Shown one piece after another: positions 17,282 through 19,469 of a stretch of 19,469 bases of DNA (within the stretch, counting starts at the first letter, position 1; every line of letters starts with the position of its first letter). Source of the DNA: Tubiluchus corallicola (lineage: Eukaryota; Animalia; Priapulida); the NCBI GenBank assembly GCA_030141605.1, contig JAQGDQ010002485.1, forward strand, positions 1 through 19,469, written 5' to 3'. The notes below the pieces were generated by a model. That model was not told the DNA's origin. It saw nothing but the letters and a program-made list of their open reading frames with translations, and made no database searches. A program made the position numbers and the translations under genes.

Positions 17282-17311
17282 TTTTCTTATTTTTAAAAAT
17301 TTATTTTTATG

Positions 17312-17319
17312 CAAATATA
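17312..17319 (-). promoter_or_regulatory. Sigma-A -7 element TATATTTG for the beta-barrel gene
   Basis: TAnnTTTG 30 nt upstream of the ATG at 17281. Confidence 0.7.
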
Positions 17320-17329
17320 TTATAATTAT

Positions 17330-18148
17330 TTATTTAACCCTTTCTGCAATAAACCAAGGATTTAAAAGATTTTTTTTGTTATACTCCAATGGTTTAGAAG
17401 TTCCGTGCTGCCTAACTGTTCCTCCTGAGTATTTGATAACAGCATCTCCCGCAGCAGTATCCCATTCCATAGTACCACCTAAACGAGGATAAATATCAGC
17501 AGTGCCTTCTGCTATTAGGCACAACTTTAATGAACTACCTTTTGACACAATACTAATGTCTCCATGCTCCTTTTCCAACTTTTCGTAATAATGCTTTGTT
17601 TCTTCCGTAAGATGAGATCTACTACCAATCACTACTATTTTTTCGTTTCTTTCGACCAAAGGCAATTTTGTTCCTTTCGAAAGCAGCCTTTTCACATCAA
17701 GTTTATTAACATTGGTTACAGGAGCTGTTACTTTTAAGCTGCCTATACTTGCTGTTCCTATATATAAGTTTTCTGAAACAGGTGCATATATCACTCCAAG
17801 TACGGGGCGATTCTCGTATATAAGAGCTATGTTTATTGAAAATTCATCGTTCTTTTTTATAAAGTCAGCAGTGCCATCCAATGGGTCAATCATCCAAAAA
17901 TATTTCCATTCTTTTCTTTTTTGATATTTTGTATGAAAACCCTCTTCACTTAATATGGGATATTTTGTTTTTCTAAGAAGGCTCTTTATGGCTCTATTCG
18001 AACGCTTGTCTGCTAAGGTAATAGGAGATTCGTCTTTTTTTAACTTAACAGATATATCCGGAGAATTGTACACTCTTAGTATAGATTTTCCTGCTTTTAT
18101 TGCTGCTTTTACTGAGTATTCCAACATTTCTTGGATGTCAACTTTCAT
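17330..18148 (-). CDS. cysQ: 3'(2'),5'-bisphosphate nucleotidase CysQ
   Basis: KKDESPITLAD, ILSEEG, WMIDPLDGT, GSRSH, GSSLKLCLIAEG.ADIYPR, MEWDTAAG. Confidence 0.95.
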   Translation of the reverse strand: MKVDIQEMLEYSVKAAIKAGKSILRVYNSPDISVKLKKDESPITLADKRSNRAIKSLLRKTKYPILSEEGFHTKYQKRKEWKYFWMIDPLDGTADFIKKNDEFSINIALIYENRPVLGVIYAPVSENLYIGTASIGSLKVTAPVTNVNKLDVKRLLSKGTKLPLVERNEKIVVIGSRSHLTEETKHYYEKLEKEHGDISIVSKGSSLKLCLIAEGTADIYPRLGGTMEWDTAAGDAVIKYSGGTVRQHGTSKPLEYNKKNLLNPWFIAERVK

Positions 18149-18195
18149 AAGCAGTGCATCATTGTTGTTATTACCATATATATTCTAAAAAGGTA

Positions 18196-18203
18196 CAAAT
18201 ATA
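18196..18203 (-). promoter_or_regulatory. Sigma-A -7 element TATATTTG for cysQ
   Basis: TAnnTTTG 47 nt upstream of the cysQ ATG. Confidence 0.65.
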
Positions 18204-18302
18204 CGATTTTTAGAGAACACCAAATAAAATACCTGCTATAATACAAAGTAAACTTGTTATTTGCAATTTTCCGTTCAATTATTCTTGGTAGCTATAATAA
18301 AA

Positions 18303-18423
18303 TTTGCACTACTTTTTTTAATCTTAGCAACCTGTTGTACCTTCTTAATGTGCTTTGCGGGAGAAAGATGATAACGGCAAGATACACTAAGAAAAAACTA
18401 TTGTCTGTCTTGTATCATTAAAA
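18303..18423 (+). repeat. Dispersed intergenic element, copy B
   Basis: Homologous to 12515-12638; hairpin TTCTTAATGTGCTTTGC-(18-nt loop)-GCAAGATACACTAAGAA. Confidence 0.85.
18368..18421 (+). CDS. Putative 17-aa small/leader peptide MITARYTKKKLLSVLYH
   Basis: Ungapped homolog of 12579-12638 (8/17 identical plus I/L, T/S and similar substitutions). Confidence 0.4.
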   Translation: MITARYTKKKLLSVLYH

Positions 18424-18511
18424 CTTTATGTTTTTGAACCTCTTAAAATATTTTCTCATATTATCTTAATAAATAACAATAATTTTTCACTCAATTAATT
18501 TAGACTTTACC

Positions 18512-18519
18512 TATATTTG
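18512..18519 (+). promoter_or_regulatory. Sigma-A -7 element TATATTTG for hppA
   Basis: TAnnTTTG followed by CA, 40 nt upstream of the ATG at 18560. Confidence 0.7.
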
Positions 18520-18559
18520 CATCTTAAAACAAAATTTTTAATTTAAATAACATTAAAAA

Positions 18560-19468
18560 ATGAATGATACAATATTATATCTTTTACCAATAGCGGGATT
18601 ATTAGGAATCTTGTATGTGTTTTACAAAAGTATGTGGGTCTCTAAACAAGAGGTAGGAGATAAAAAAATGGAACGTATTTCTGAGAATATAGCTAGGGGG
18701 GCAATGGCTTTTCTTAAAACAGAATACAAAGTCTTGGTTTTATTTGTTATTGCATTAGCAATATTACTTAGTTACAAGGGAGGAATAGATACAGATTCGC
18801 ATCCACTTATTGCCATATCTTTTATCATTGGAGCTATATGCTCTGGGCTAGCTGGTTTCATTGGGATGAAGATAGCAACTAAGGCAAATGTACGAACAAC
18901 TAATGCTGCGAAAACCTCACTTGAAAAGGCTCTTGAAGTAGCTTTTGCAGGAGGTTCTGTTATGGGACTTGGCGTTGTAGGACTAGGTATATTGGGGCTT
19001 AGTATATTGTTTATTGTGTACAATACTTATTTTACCGATATTGTGGTATTACTCAATGTATTGTCTGGCTTTTCGCTTGGGGCATCATCCATAGCATTAT
19101 TTGCTCGTGTAGGCGGAGGTATTTATACTAAGGCTGCTGATGTAGGAGCCGACCTTGTGGGTAAGGTAGAGGCTGGTATTCCTGAAGACCACCCATTGAA
19201 CCCTGCAACTATTGCCGACAATGTGGGAGATAATGTGGGAGATGTAGCTGGTATGGGAGCTGACCTTTTCGAATCTTTCGTAGGTTCAATTATTGGAACA
19301 ATGGTAATAGCTGCTTCATTTTTTGCACTTCCTGAGTTTTCAGATTTCAAACTGGGAGGTGTGTTACTTCCTCTCACGCTTGGGGCAATAGGTATTATAA
19401 TGTCTATCATTGGGACATTTTTTGTGAAAGTAAAGGAAGGAGGCAACCCTCATAAAGCACTTAATAAA
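18560..19468 (+). CDS. hppA: Membrane-bound cation-translocating pyrophosphatase, probably Na+-translocating (3'-truncated by window edge)
   Basis: Hand translation from ATG 18560: [10 protein letters not shown]...[10 protein letters not shown]...[12 protein letters not shown]...[63 protein letters not shown]. Open to the window end, so it is missing from the ORF track. Confidence 0.97.
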   Translation, partial: MNDTILYLLPIAGLLGILYVFYKSMWVSKQEVGDKKMERISENIARGAMAFLKTEYKVLVLFVIALAILLSYKGGIDTDSHPLIAISFIIGAICSGLAGFIGMKIATKANVRTTNAAKTSLEKALEVAFAGGSVMGLGVVGLGILGLSILFIVYNTYFTDIVVLLNVLSGFSLGASSIALFARVGGGIYTKAADVGADLVGKVEAGIPEDHPLNPATIADNVGDNVGDVAGMGADLFESFVGSIIGTMVIAASFFALPEFSDFKLGGVLLPLTLGAIGIIMSIIGTFFVKVKEGGNPHKALNK

Positions 19469-19469
19469 G

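Noticed and set aside
14404-18188. Plus-strand ORFs 14404..14718, 16670..16927, 17181..17492, 17712..17924 and 17955..18188
   Set aside because: Antisense to kdgK, the beta-barrel gene or cysQ; one starts at a terminator hairpin.
18303-18423. Identifying the repeated element as a known riboswitch (e.g. Na+-sensing), a Fur box, or an IS982/ISAs1 fragment
   Set aside because: I could not match any consensus. ATGATAA is only a fraction of a Fur box, similarity to IS982 transposase starts stops at MIT, and no terminal inverted repeats or target duplications are visible.
18772-19446. Minus-strand ORFs 18772..19023 and 19123..19446
   Set aside because: Antisense mirror of hppA, which is the real gene on the + strand.
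1-19469. CRISPR array, rRNA/tRNA, integrase/transposase or prophage genes
   Set aside because: No regularly spaced repeats, no GC-rich structural RNA gene, and no recombinase or phage motifs were seen by eye.

Overview
AT-rich chromosomal window from a Bacteroidota bacterium. This assignment rests on TAnnTTTG -7 promoter boxes in front of most transcription units and on the gldD/gldE genes. The window is mostly housekeeping: 5'-truncated rmuC, a secreted helical protein, a flavoprotein disulfide-reductase homolog lacking both redox cysteines, smpB, lepA, an OmpA-like/TPR lipoprotein, an ssb-gldE-gldD-PPTase-GGGP synthase operon, a NamZ/DUF1343 hydrolase, kdgK, a glycerol acyltransferase, a small beta-barrel protein, cysQ and a 3'-truncated membrane pyrophosphatase (hppA, absent from the ORF track). 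The unusual signals lie between genes. (1) A ~120-bp element occurs twice (about 12515-12638 and 18303-18423) and combines a promoter-like box, a conserved hairpin with an AUG in its loop, and a conserved 17-19 aa peptide ORF (MITAR..KK). (2) A 37/40-bp inverted repeat links the deletion junction of an eroded TolC pseudogene to the PPTase/GGGPS overlap and brackets a potentially invertible 1.1-kb segment. (3) A heavily decayed zeta-toxin-like ATPase remnant follows the first element. No CRISPR array, rRNA, tRNA or intact mobile element was recognised. All calls come from manual motif reading; no database searches were run.
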